A DNA stretch of 63,632 bases, counting the filler, from Nemertoderma westbladi (Eukaryota; Animalia; Xenacoelomorpha), in NCBI GenBank assembly GCA_032718475.1. It is 3 parts of 3 records of this genome, joined end to end, with 100 filler letters (N's around TTAATTAATTAA, not from the genome) between each part and the next. Parts side by side here need not be neighbours in the genome. Positions count along the whole stretch, not along the records: positions 1 to 29,238 come from JAUCBJ010003616.1; positions 29,339 to 57,958 come from JAUCBJ010004808.1; 1 more part is not named here. The stretch is one strand, 5' to 3'. Every line of letters starts with the position of its first letter. Within the stretch, counting starts at the first letter, position 1. Both the position numbers and the translations under genes were made by a program. The notes beneath the pieces are model-generated. The model made no database searches. It was not told the origin of the DNA and saw nothing but the letters and a program-made list of their open reading frames with translations. Shown here piece by piece: positions 25,876 through 38,900 of the stretch.

Positions 25876-27274
25876 AATTAATATCATGTGTGTAATTTTT
25901 CGAATATTTGCGTTATGGTACGGTAGGAAAGCTACAGTACGTTCAGTCTACAGTGTATTAGGCCCAAACTCACAAAAAGTGGCCAAAAACGTTTCCCACA
26001 CGATTCGACTTAATTTTAGAATGAATTTTTTTTTGGAACCAAGTAAAGTTATATATATTTTTGAAGATAATTTTATGGTCCAACAGATGCACAAAAAATC
26101 ATACTGCCACTCCGACTTTGAAAGATTTTACAGACCTTTTAGTACTAAAAAATGCAGGTTTTTCAATTGTCCAAAAAAGTTCATTGCATTGTGGGGGATG
26201 TATTTTGACATCTACTGGGTGTATTTCAACAAGTTATAGCTCATTTTAAAGCTAAATAATAGAGGAATGCAATGGAATAACTCCCAAATTGTTTTATTGA
26301 TATCATATTTAAATAAAACAATAGATAATATACCCCTATTTTTGACAATTACTTGTCCCAAACGGTAACACCTGAATTCACCAAAAGGATTTTATTGGGA
26401 TTCTATAAACTAAATTCTTATTTGAAAGGAAAATCTTCAAGAAGTGGAATGTTCCAGATTTTACGAAAAAATACTAAACACAACCAGAGATATGGCTGGT
26501 TTTATACGTGCGAGTCGATTATGTCAATTAGGATTGTCCCATGTGTAACACCAAGTGCACTGCTTTACCATGCTCTAGAATCAGTTCTAACAAACTTGAC
26601 ATGAAGATTCAAATATCAGAAGATAGCCAAGTTCTTGGTCTTTTGCGTGAGTAATCATTTGTGGCAACAATTGACTATGGAATAGACTTTAGTTGCTTTT
26701 ACATTTATCAGCATGAGCTTTGTCCCACCTGTAACAAAAGCCTGTAACACAAAAAATCGTTACAGGGCGGGACGTCCCACATGTAACATGTAAATCGAAT
26801 AATTTTGGGCTACAGAGTAAGACATGTCTCACCTGTAACACTTTAGTAGTGCAGACTTCATAATATTGATAAGACTGTAGGTCATGCACACATAACAGCA
26901 GTATTAACTGTGAATTGGTACTTACCTACCTACAGTAGTACCGGTAACAGTATCTGTGCTGCCTCTTTATTGCGTTTGATTCGAAGTTATTGGATCTACA
27001 GATCTGCGCAGTGCATAGAGTTTACTATTGACCACTAAACAAACTAATCCTAACCAGAACCAGTTATAAGACACTGATACAGACACTATGTGACTACGGT
27101 ATAGAATAGAGACCACATTTCATTACTTATTAGACATCAGCTTGCTGCCGTTCCGGTCTCAAGATACTGATAGTAAATAAAAATAGGACTAATAATAGTG
27201 ATCTGTCTTATATGGAATGCGGTCCATCTTAGATCTATCTTCTGCGATTGGGAGAGGGTGATTGGGAGCTCCGT

Positions 27275-27553
27275 GAGGGGAGCAGTTAGAGGTGGGAGGG
27301 AAAAAAATAGAGGTGCAAGGGGAGCAGTTAGAGGTGTGAGGGGAAAAGGTAGAGGTGCAAGGGGAGCAGTTGGAGGTGCGAGGGAAAAAGGTAGATGTGC
27401 AAGGGGAGCAGTTGGAGGTGCGAGGGGAAAAGGTAGAGGTGCAAGTGGAGCAGTTGGAGGTGCGAGGGGAAAAGGTAGATGTGGAAGGGGAGCAGTTGGA
27501 GGAGCGAGAGGAGTAGTTAGTGCGAGAGCAGTGGGTAGAGGTGCGAGAGGAGA
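27275..27553. repeat. 42-bp purine-rich minisatellite (GGGGAGCAGTTGGAGGTGCGAGGGGAAAAGGTAGAGGTGCAA)
   Basis: About 6 degenerate tandem units. Confidence 0.85.
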
Positions 27554-28840
27554 ATGGGAGGATCTGTGGAGGGTGTGGGAGTCAGGGTGAAAAGTACAGG
27601 AGGATCTGTGGAGGGTGTGGGAGACAGGGTGAAAAGTACAGGAGGATCTGTGGAGGGTGTGGGAGACAGGGTGAAAAGTACAGGAGGATCTGTGGAGGGT
27701 GTGGGAGACAGGGTGAGAAGTACAGGAGGATATGTGGAGGGTGTGGGAGACAGGGTGAAAGGTACAGGAGGATCTGTGGAGGGTGTGGGAGACGGAGTGG
27801 GAAGTACAGGAGGATCTGTGGCGGGTGTGGGAGACGGAGTGGGAAGTACAGGATGATCTGTGGAGGGTGTGGGAGACGGAGTGGGAGCTATGGGAGGATC
27901 TGTGGAGGGTGTGGGAGACAAGGTGAGAAGTACAGGAGGATCTGTGGAGGGTGTGGGAGACAGGGTGAAAAGTATAGGAGGATCTGTGGAGGGTGTGGGA
28001 GACAGGGAGAAAGGTACAGGAGGATCTGTGGAGGGTGTGGGAGACGGAGTGGGAAGTACAGGAGGATCTGTGGCGGGTGTGGGAGACGGAGTGGGAAGTA
28101 CAGGATGATCTGTGGAGGGTGTGGGAGACGGAGTGGGAGCTATGGGAGGATCTGTGGAGGGTGTGGGAGACAAGGTGAGAAGTACAGGAGGATCTGTGGA
28201 GGGTGTGGGAGACAGGGTGAGAAGTACAGGAGGATCTGTGGAGGGTGTGGGAGACAGGGTGAGAAGTACAGGAGGATCTGTGGAGGGTGTGGGGGGGGGG
28301 GGCAGGGTGAGAAGTACAGGAGGATCTGTGGAGGGTGTGGGAGACAGGGTGAGAAGTACAGGAGGATCTGTGGAGCGTGTGGGAGACAGGGTGAGAAGTA
28401 CAGGAGGATCTGTGGAGGGTGTGGGAGACGGAGTGGGAAGTACAGGAGGATCTGTGGAGGGTGTGGGAGACAGGGTGAGAAGTACAGGAGGATCTGTGGA
28501 GGGTGTGGGAGACAGGGTGAGAAGTACAGGAGGATCTGTGGAGGGTGTGGGAGACAGGGTGAGAAGTACAGGAGGATCTGTGGAGGGTGTGGGAGACAGG
28601 GTGAGAAGTACAGGAGGATCTGTGGAGGGTGTGGGAACGGGTGAAGTACAGGAGGATCTGTGGAGGGTGTGGGAGACAGGGTGAGAAGTACAGGAGATCT
28701 GTGGAGGGTGTGGGAGACAGGGTGAGAAGTACAGGAAGATCTGTGGAGGGTGTGGGAGACAGGGTGGAAGTACAGGAGGATCTGATGGAGGGTGGGGAAG
28801 ATGGAGTGGGAAGGTACAGGTGGATCTGTGGAGGGTGGGG
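27554..28840. repeat. 42-bp minisatellite (AGGAGGATCTGTGGAGGGTGTGGGAGACAGGGTGAGAAGTAC, about 30 units)
   Basis: Tandem units seen directly; explains the repetitive ORFs on both strands. Confidence 0.95.
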
Positions 28841-29238
28841 ATGAAAGTGATGATGAACAATTTATAGGTTTTGACTAACTGCTCAGCCATAGTGATATAC
28901 AGTTATAAACTCGGTAATAAACTCGTCATACTTTGTGAATTTTCATATAAATCGTCACTAAAGTACCTAAAGTGGTTTTTAAACTGTTTTAATAAACTCT
29001 TTATGTTTATTTGATAAACTATAATATTTTATAATTTTTCCAGAAATGGGGACCATAAAGATTTCTTATGATTGATTATATTTTCAAATAAGCTTTATTG
29101 GGAGGTGTTACTGGGATCAGGAATGGCTGCATAGCTCCCACTCAGAGACGAAATCTGGGTTAATTTAACATTTCAGTGTAATTACAACTGGTGTTACATG
29201 GTGGGACAAATTGGTACAGGCATCGGAAATCACCATTC

Positions 29239-29338
29239 NNNNNNNNNNNNNNNNNNNNNNNNNNNNNNNNNNNNNNNNNNNNTTAATTAATTAANNNNNN
29301 NNNNNNNNNNNNNNNNNNNNNNNNNNNNNNNNNNNNNN
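29239..29338. other. Artificial contig linker
   Basis: N44-TTAATTAATTAA-N44, stop codons in six frames. Confidence 0.97.
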
Positions 29339-29481
29339 AATCGTTCAAAAAAAAACATTCCCAACAACAACTTTGTCTAAACCCGTCTACTCTAATTATC
29401 TAATTATTTAGTTAATGGAAGGGTCGCAGCCGTCAGCTGGCATCCAAAGATGTGGAGGAGAGACGTGACGTGTGTGGCACT

Positions 29482-30390
29482 TGTAAAAGCTTTTGCGGAC
29501 ATAACAAGTCATTTTTACGCAATGCGCTGAATACTCTAAAAAGGCCTAAAAGTGTTCAACTACGCGTCGGTCAGAAATTAGAACCAAGATGACTAAATCT
29601 GTCAGCTGATTCTTTGTGTACGTGGAGGTTTCTTTGTTTGGGCCTATTCAGCCAATCAGAGCAATCTTCCCAGCTATGCCAATAGAGACCTACCTGTGGA
29701 AATTGGCGCATGCGCAGTTATTGTTTTTCTGAGAATCCGATTCCTTTCAGGATTCTGTACTAAGTACAGACGTTTCAGACTTTGGCCCACGAACATCTGA
29801 GGGCTGGAGTTATAAGAACGTAAATCTATTAACTTAACACACATCTTAACATTGCATACGAACTTAACTTATTTCATACTTATCATACCGAACTTCATGA
29901 ACACATGCTGACTGTTCACCGCACGGTCTTAATGCTGTTTTATATTGTTGTTAATTGCTGTTTATATTAATGGATGTTATATTTGGAGAATACCGATAAA
30001 TAATCGTAAACCCCTCAACTTTCTTAATTACTGAGGTAAGCAGAAGGGTCTACCGGTAGCAACTGCGACTCAAATTATAGTGGTTTTGTGTGAATTAAAT
30101 GCTATTTCATAATCCCTACGTGTGTCAGTTGCAATCCTCCTTATATATGATCAAATTCAGTGACGGTCGGCAATTTAGTATGAATCAGTGTGAAGTCGTG
30201 TGAAGGTTAATAAAGCATCTCCTAAAGAATGCGCTATTTACGAGATTCCATAGCCACCTAGTTGTGATTAGTGTAAGTCATAACTCTGTTTTATACTTAA
30301 AGCGCCACGTCCCAAAGGAACTGTTAATATTTCCCCGAAAGTAAATATAGTTGTCGGAGATTATATAGTAGTGATCAATCTAATAATACA
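29482..30390 (+). mobile_element. Diverged solo or truncated LTR related to the 32733-44971 element
   Basis: Starts TGTAAAAGCTT; colinear shared blocks GCCAATCAGAGC, GACGGTCGGCAA, CCTAAAGAATGCGC, AGCGCCACGTCC-AAAGGAACTGTTAATATTTCCC, GATCAATC-AATAATACA. Confidence 0.8.
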
Positions 30391-30405
30391 ATACAGTCTA
30401 GAACA

Positions 30406-32732
30406 ATGAAAGCTCCTATTGAGCTCTCCAACTCTTATGGCGAACTGGACTACGAAACGAAATTAACTGCACAGCTGACACAGCAAAATGAGTTACTTCA
30501 ACGATTGCTGAAGGAAACAAAGAAGTCCACACAACATACAAAACAAGGACGATCATGAAGAGGTTGATATCAAAATAGTGCAGGTCTCGGGGCTACCTCC
30601 CAACTCCAGCAGTGTTTCTCTCTCCCAATATTGTTACAAACAGACTGGAATCAGACCGATTAATGTTTGGATAAAAGGCACTAGAGGACAAATAAAGCAA
30701 GCAAAAATAACTATCCCTGCCAACGCCCTCCATATCTATACAAACAGAACTATGTGGCCTGGCCCAAATGTGAAAGCAAGAGAATTTAAATCAGACTATC
30801 GAACGGGGCCGACTAACTTCTATAAAAAACCTGAACATAACACCTATACATTCACTCCCTTGACTCCTACATCAACGGCTCAACAAAACTATCGTGATAG
30901 ACCTAGAGAATACAGGCCTACTGGTAGAACAATCAATAGCAATAACCATTACAACCAAAATCAAGCCAACCGATGGGAGACACGCCAAAACCATTGGGAC
31001 AGAAATCAAGATAATACTAATCTGGAAAGACATCAAGGCTATTCCCATAGAGGGGCTTCCCCAAACCAATGGCATCACCCACGCTCTTACGCGTCAAACT
31101 ATTTTTAAGAATATAAAATACAAACAACTATACACAGGTCCTCAACAATCACCAATATTGAAACAACAAGAACTGATTAAGGGGAGAAGTAACACAATAC
31201 CTTCCAAAGAACAACAACTGGATGTAATATCACTAAACTGTAGGGGGTATCTACATAATAAACTCTATAAACAAGATTATTGATGAAAACTCCCCTCACG
31301 TACTTATTCTTCAAGAGTCCTGGTTAGGCCCCAGAGAAGCCGAATTCTATCTAAAGGATTCCAAACCTCACACTAACTATGATTGCATATATTCAACATC
31401 TCATATGCTAATAAATGGCAATAAGAGGCGAGGAGAAGGTGGAATGATAATATTTATCCATAAGGATTTACTTCCTTACTGCAACGAAATTGAGACAAAG
31501 TCAGATAGGATCATGGCGCTTCACATAAAGAATCACCCCTATATTGGGGATATGGGCATAGTGGGGCTGTACATGCCAGCAAACTGCAACAGATACGATG
31601 ACTCTTCAAAGTACTCCTATACCTGTGGAAAATTATTGGTACTAATACAGGAACTCATTGCCTCGGGATCAAAGGTATTAGTTGCGGGCGATATCAATGG
31701 TAGCCTAGGATCCAAAAACAAAAGTTGGCAAACCAAACTGACTCACTTTGGCAAAATTTTTAATGAAAATATTACGGACCAACTCAAAATGCATATATCA
31801 GACCTAGATGAATCTGCAACTGGACCACTCAAGACGTATCGTATGAAAAATAGAATCAGGGAAGAAATTAATTCATCTTACATTGATCACTGCCTAGTAA
31901 CTCAGGACCTTATTGATCAGACAAGCTCTTGCATGGTATTTGAAGAAGAACCGTGTAATCTGTCAGACCATGTCCCCGTTTCAATAGGATTTCACTTTAA
32001 TAGGTTACACTGTAGCTTACCTCCTATTCCAACAAAAAGGAGCAAGTTACCGATCTTCCACTTTGACAAAGCCACCTCAGAGCAACGAAACAAATACCGT
32101 AGCGAGATTGACAAAGTCCTCAGCGAATCCAATATATCAAATGGAAAATGTTCAACTGATCCCAAGGAAGCTACTGGTATCCTTGAAATCACCTCAAAGT
32201 GTATCCTCCAGGCGGCGAAAAGGCATATCCCAATTACATACAACAATAAATGCTCTAAAAAACCAAGAAATCCTTCCCAAACCCTGAAAAAAGATACTAC
32301 CACTACACCATCTACTACAGGATACCTAAAAGATGTCTATGATAAGGCAAGAGTAGCATGGATATCCAATGGCGAAATACACAATCCCAGCAATAAGCAT
32401 TTCATGGAATATAAACTGGCGAGCCATGCATATCATGATGCACTATCCAAAATAGACAGAAGCAAATACCTCCAACATATTTCAAATTTAGCGGACCAAT
32501 GTCGAGGTAATGACAAGCGTTTTTGGAGATCGGTGAAACAAAGAGGTAACCAATCTGAGGTAACTAACGCCACGGCAACAAGTTTGGTTGATCATTACAG
32601 CCAGCATTTCAAGTCAACATCTACAAACTCACCAGGAAATACTAAGGATCAATAATATGATGAAGAGTACGAACCAATCTTGACAATAGATGTAAACGCA
32701 CCCCTACTAGATTCCTGTAGCATCGAAGATGC
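30406..32732 (+). mobile_element. RTE-X-like LINE, 5' part (ORF1 remnant and APE endonuclease), degenerate
   Basis: ORF1-type WPGPNVKAREF; APE motifs SLNCRG, LILQESWL, GEGGMIIF, AGDING, IDHCLV, NLSDHVPV; frameshifts and a TAA at 32653. Confidence 0.88.
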
Positions 32733-34024
32733 TGTAAAAGCTTCTGTGGGATATAACTGGCCCTTTTGCTTCGCAATCCAGTTTCCCCCCAGGCGCTGGA
32801 ATACTCTAAAAGGCTCTCTAACTATATATATATTCCCCTCGCCCGCAAGGTACCGTTATAGGTGTTTTAACGGACATAAAAGTCATTCTTCTATATACGT
32901 GCTTTGGTGGACATGGTAAGGCAAAAAACCCGCAATGCACCAAATACCTTTACACAGCTTAGCCTTGATGATTCAGATTACGACATCTAACAGCTGGTTG
33001 CTGACATGGAAACGGCCATTGGACACATGGTTCTTTGTTTAGCTTAAGCCAATCAGAGCGATTTTTTCTGTCGATGTGGAGATATTCGGCCGATCATACT
33101 AGGAGTCTTACTGTTTTTGTGATACTGTTGTGTTCCTTCTATCTAGGCCAGGAACACCGGCTCTAGAGTCAATTCGTTTCAGACTTTAGAAGAAACATTA
33201 GTAGGCTTAAGATTATAGAGCGTATAACTGTTATCGGTCCAGTCAAACAGTGTTACCATCTTAACCTACCGTCTTAATGCTATTTACTGTTGTGTTTTGG
33301 TTGAATATTATTATTTGGAGAACATCTATAAAGAACCCAAATTTCCCAATTTTCTTGATACACTACAGGTTAGAGAGACAGGCTACATATAGCGATTGCG
33401 ACTTATATTATCGTGGTTTGTAGTGAGTTTAAGGCTATTTGATAAGCACTACATGAGTCCGTTGCTGTTCTCTTTATATATGATAAAATTCATTGACGGT
33501 CGGCAAATTAGTGAGAGCAGTATTGTGTGTTACCGGTAGTGTGCCTGATTGTGACTGATAACTAAGCATTTCCTAAAGAATGCGCCTCATACGTGAATCA
33601 TAAGCCTTACCGACTTACCGTTGTGATTAGTATAAGTCATATCTCTGTTTACCTAGATAGAGCGCCACGTCCTAAAGGAACTGTTAATATTTCCCGAAAG
33701 TGAATAATATTAGTCAGAAATTATTTATTAACGATCAATCGAATAATACAGTAAGCTTACACTGCAATAATAATCTAAGCCCTCAGAATCCAGTCTCCCG
33801 GGTATATCCAGCGGGTGAATGGACGCGCACTAGGCTGGCTTCTGCTAATGTTGTGTTTATTGGTATTAAATATTTGTCAACTTCTAAAGTCTATTTGTAA
33901 ACCAAAAGACATATAAATTTTGGCAGGTTAAACTGCTAAAGGTCTTCAAAAGCGCGTACAATAACAGTTATTGTCTTTATTGCAGTAAGCAATAAAGTTG
34001 AAAGTACCGGTCGACCGGTAAACC

Positions 34025-34155
34025 TGAACCGGTACTTCTGTAGGTCAGTAGGCCCAACTGCCAGAACCGGTACTGCTGTAGGTCCGTAGGTCCAACTGTC
34101 AGAACCGGTACTTCTGTAGGTCCGTAGGCCCAACTGTCCTAACCGGTACTTCCAG
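34025..34155 (+). repeat. About 38-bp tandem repeats in the BEL leader
   Basis: AACCGGTACTTCTGTAGGTCCGTAGGCCCAACTGTC about 3.5 times. Confidence 0.8.
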
Positions 34156-35926
34156 TATAAGTACATTAGTATTATTCGATTTTAATTATTGTATACCGGT
34201 AGGTCTTAGTATTTAATCAGGGACTGCAGCCCTGGTTTTTTATTGAGATTTTACTTATTTCTGTCGGTTTTATTTACATGTAAGTTAATATTGAGCTGAA
34301 GACGTGTAAGTCTGCTCAGATTGTTCAGATAATTGTAGGCCGGACTGTTGTTAGATTATTGTTGGGTTTGGAGAGATTACGGCGTGTGTAGAGTTTGTCC
34401 GATAGAGTGCCAGTTAGTAAGTTGGGGCAGCCATAGCTGTAAGGTCAATCCCCTCTTAAAGAATAAGTCGTACTACCGTGTTAGAACGCATACTAACTAA
34501 CCATTTCGGAAACTACACGTACTGTAGTTTATTTAGGCTTGATGGTAGTCTGCCAGCATTTGGTTTGTAATTTGTTTGAGTAGTTTGTACGGGTAGCGTA
34601 ATATTTATTATTCAGAGTTTATGCGATTATTCGCAACATTCATGTCCCCAAGTTTATTCCTACAGTAATTGTGTTTGTTACACATACCGTTATAGTTAAA
34701 TTAACCCCGGTACTACACGGGCTGCTTGGCGTAGGAAAAGACTGGTGACTTTGTGCTTCGGTCACTCCAGCAGATGCCGTGGTTCTTTTAACTGTTCAAG
34801 TATATTTAACTACTGATTATTTGTTGTACCAGTACTTGTACCTAATTTAGGGTTTAGTGTACAGTGCTTTCCGAGGTAATTAGTGTGTAGGCAGTATATT
34901 TGTGTTGTAAAGTGGTTAATAGGCACGCTGGATCTGGTAGTCCGCGGTAATTAACTTCTAGGTAGGAACACTCCGTGATACATAACGTAGTACCTATAGC
35001 GATACGGTTATAGGTCGTCAGGCGGTGGTATCTTCCTATCTGGACAACGCAGTGTATTTACTACTACTTATTATTTTCAAATACCGTAGTACCCTGTCCG
35101 TTGTAATAACCAGAATTCTAACCCTTTGTTAGGCTGGTTTGTAGACTTCCTGTAAAATTACCCTAAAATTTCGTACGTAATATTTTTTGTTGTGTTTAAT
35201 TAGAGAATTAATCTCACCCGTATCGTAAGTAATTTGTAGTATTAAGTAACTTAGGTAAATTAGAATAATCTGTTTTAGTGTCCCATAAGTAGCACTCCAC
35301 TGAGAGCGCACAGCTTCCGTGTAGTGACTCTCCCCAGAAATAATAACATTTATTTCAAATATTGACAAAACCCCTTTTTAAACGGGTATATATCTATTAT
35401 AAATCAACTCAAACGATTTATAAATAGTAGGCCTGCCATACAACAACTAGGTCTCAATATCAGTTGGACTACTGCTTAAATAACGGTAATAAAGTAAGTT
35501 AAGGTAACTAAGTAACCCTAAAATATTCAAAAATTCAATTATTCTAAAATAATTGACATACCGGTATTTACCATAGGCTTATTATATTTATTTCTATAAA
35601 TTTGAGCTGAAATCATACCGGTATTCTGTAATTAAGTATCCTAGTTCATTATTCTAGTTCATAATTATACTTATATATACTATAAGTGTAAGCTGCATAC
35701 CGGTATTCACGATAGGCCTATTATATATTTATATATATTTGTGCTAAAATTATATACCGGTACTCTGTGACAAACCTAGTTTACAATACTTATATATACT
35801 ATAAGTGTATACCGGTATTCTAATATACTGTAATAAATTACCGGTACTAGGCCAACGGTCATACTGAATTACTAGACTTGCTTTAACTGTAACTATAGCA
35901 GTAAGCATTCAACTGTATAGCTAAAC

Positions 35927-38900
35927 ATGTCTGACACCCAGCAAAACCTGTCAGACAGTCTAATCGATACAACCATCTGTGACACAGATAGGAGTGTGGA
36001 GCGATTAAGAAAGGAGTTCAGCTCACCTCCTACTGAAAGAAAGGTCATCCCTCCAGTAGTAGTATCAGACCCTAAGCTAATCCAACACCGTAGGTCTATC
36101 ATCGGCACTCGGGCCCAAGTCAAACGGAACCAGGAAGCAGCTGTCCCACAGCAGCAACAGCCTAGTCAAGAAACTTGTTCCCAGCGATCCGATAGCTCCA
36201 GTAGTTCGGATACTGTCGAGCTGACCCCCGAACGCGGATTGCAGATGGCGGCTACAGCCTACTCGGACCCCCTTCTCACCCTTCCTGCCGCAGTGCTAAC
36301 TACTATATTGATTGCGGTGGAGGAACATCAAGCCCATTGGGCGAGAAGTAAGCGAGCGACCCAAGATAATTATGCGGGATACGCCAGGGAAGAATTGATG
36401 TCTATTGTCGAGTCACAATGGATCTTTCCCGGACCCGGACTCCCGCTAGATTTGTCCGAAGCTACTTGGGAAGATATACACAGGATGGGAGTGACTAAAG
36501 ATACAATGGATCCAGCTGTTTGGAAGAGGTCGGCAGCAGGATATGTGCAGGGATTCTTCGGCTCCTTGGAGCGATTAGAAGAACAACTGTTTCGACAACC
36601 TCAAGGACCTCAAGAGCAGGAAGAGCTGCTATATCAAGTACGCGAAAGAACCCTACGCATTAGATTAATCCTATCAGCCTTTGAGGAAACTTCCAAAAGA
36701 AGACAGGACACGTCGCTGCAGGTTGCTGTCAAAACTTGGTTCCAGCGGGTAGGTCTCAAAGTACAAGAAACGGACCAGTGGAAATCCCAGCTGTCTGAGA
36801 GACTAACCTATGAAGAACCAACCGATGCCACCCTTTCTCAAGTGGAAGGCGAAGAGACCGCAGAGAGACCACGAATGAGAGACGCCATCGACATATATCT
36901 GTCCGACTATCAGCGATTCCTAGGAGACGAAGAGTTGAGGAGACGGCTGTCTGGACTTTCCCCTAATAGTGAAGGAACCCAGCGTGTGTTAGACTCAATC
37001 GATGCTGAAATGTTAGCTGCTAACCAAGCTGAGTTTGATGAAAAACTCCGCCTCACTAGAGTCCAAGAAGAACTAGTAAAGAAAAAAAGGATAGAGGACC
37101 GAAAGGCAGCTGCAGTAACAGCGGCAATGGCTGAAGTGGAAGCAGAAAGAAAGGCAGCGGCGGCAGAAGTAGAAGCAGAAAGAAAGGCAGCGGCGGCAGA
37201 AGCAGAAGCAGAAAGAAAGGCAGCGGCGGCAGAAGCCGAAGCAGAAAGAAAAGCGACTGTGGCAGCAGCAAAGGCAGTGGCAGAAGCAGAACAGAGGGCG
37301 TCTGAAGAGACCACACAACTGGAGTTGGAAAATCTTCAAGAGACGCAAGATTGCATAAATAAACAGTTAACTGCTAGTCAAATGCAGATGAGGAGTCGAT
37401 CTACTCCCAAACGCCAGGGATACACATCATCGGAGGAAAGCGAAACCACCGATCCTGAAGGCGGAGGAAATAGATCTCGTCTAAGCAGGCGTAGAAAAAC
37501 ATCTCACCGTCACAAATTGCCTGATTTGCCCCCAGCTGTTAGAAGACAACTAGCTAGCACAGACTTAAGTAGTATAGAACCTACAGACCAAATTATTAAG
37601 GTCAAAAAACTCCCTACTATAGTTGATGAGCCTGAAATAATTAGGCCTGTCGTTCCCAAAGTCACTCCGGTGCTAGAGACCCCTGTACTTCCAGAGCTTA
37701 ACTCTAAGTTCCCTTTACACAGTACTACACTGCCTGTACCCGGTAGAACAGTCCATGAGAATATCCCTGTCCTGGAAGCTGAGAGAGAAATCAAAGATTT
37801 GTCTCCCGTCGTCCCGCGTCAGCCCGCTACAATGTTGGCGACTCCCGCTTCGGCGGTCGAGTGGGTAGAGGAGGGAGGGCGGGGGATGAATCTCCTGCTC
37901 GGACAGATGCAGGAGACTGTCCACCAACTTAAGGGAACAGTAAGGGAAGGTAGGGCAGAATTGCAAGAAGTGCAGCAAAGTATCGCGCTAGAACGCGACA
38001 AATTAGTCAATATACAAAATGGTATATCAATACCCCCTGTAAAATTGTGTCAACCTGTTAGGTCTGAAGTATTACATGCGCAAGGTGTGGAGCCTACACG
38101 CATCTATACTGCTAGTGAAGTAGAAACTCCTATAGCAAACCCTATTAAGGGTGATTATAGACCTGTTATTAATGATATTCCCTATAGACCTGATAATGAT
38201 CCGAGAAATTTATATACCGATAATTCGATATTAAATAACACGATGGCCCAAGAAAGCTTTACGCGTCAGATGGCTAGAACAGAAGCCCGCCAAGCGGTCA
38301 AAGTGGGAGAGATCGTCAAATTCAATGGAGATGAGATGAAATGGTTACCTTTCAATGAATATTACAAAGATAGCATACAAAACTCTGTACTATCTAACGG
38401 AGAGAAACTTAGGTTCCTCATCAAGTGCTTGGAAGGACCTCCCAGGTTAATGGCGTTAAAGTTTATTGGACATCCAGAAGGATTAAGACAAGTTTGGGAT
38501 ACATTAAACATCAGGTATGGTAACAAGGATAACATAGCTAAGTATTTGTATGCAAAATTAGTAGCCCCCCGAGACTTCCTTAGCAGCGGGATTATAGAGT
38601 TTTCCGATGAGATTCAGGAGATCTGTAGACAATTGGACTGGTTAGGTAAGTCTCATGAATATCAGAGTTCCATGGTTATTGGAGCAGTAGTCTCTACTTT
38701 ACCAAAGGGTGGAGTATGTACGCGTTGGGACAAGAAAGTGTTGTACATGAATGAACAACAACGACGAAGCCCTACCATGGCTGATCTCATGTCCTTCTTA
38801 GATGGTGAGGTAAAACTACAACTCATCAAGCAGTCCAGAGAGAAAACATCGGAAAATAAGGTAAGTGAGAAACCCGCTTCTAGGAGAAGAGTAACACCGG

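Noticed and set aside
27517-28890. Mucin-like minus-strand ORF and CGGC-repeat plus-strand ORF
   Set aside because: Translations of a 42-bp minisatellite open in several frames, with no flanking domains.
29283-29294. TTAATTAATTAA palindrome between N runs
   Set aside because: Assembly linker repeated at 58003; adjacency across it is not biological evidence.
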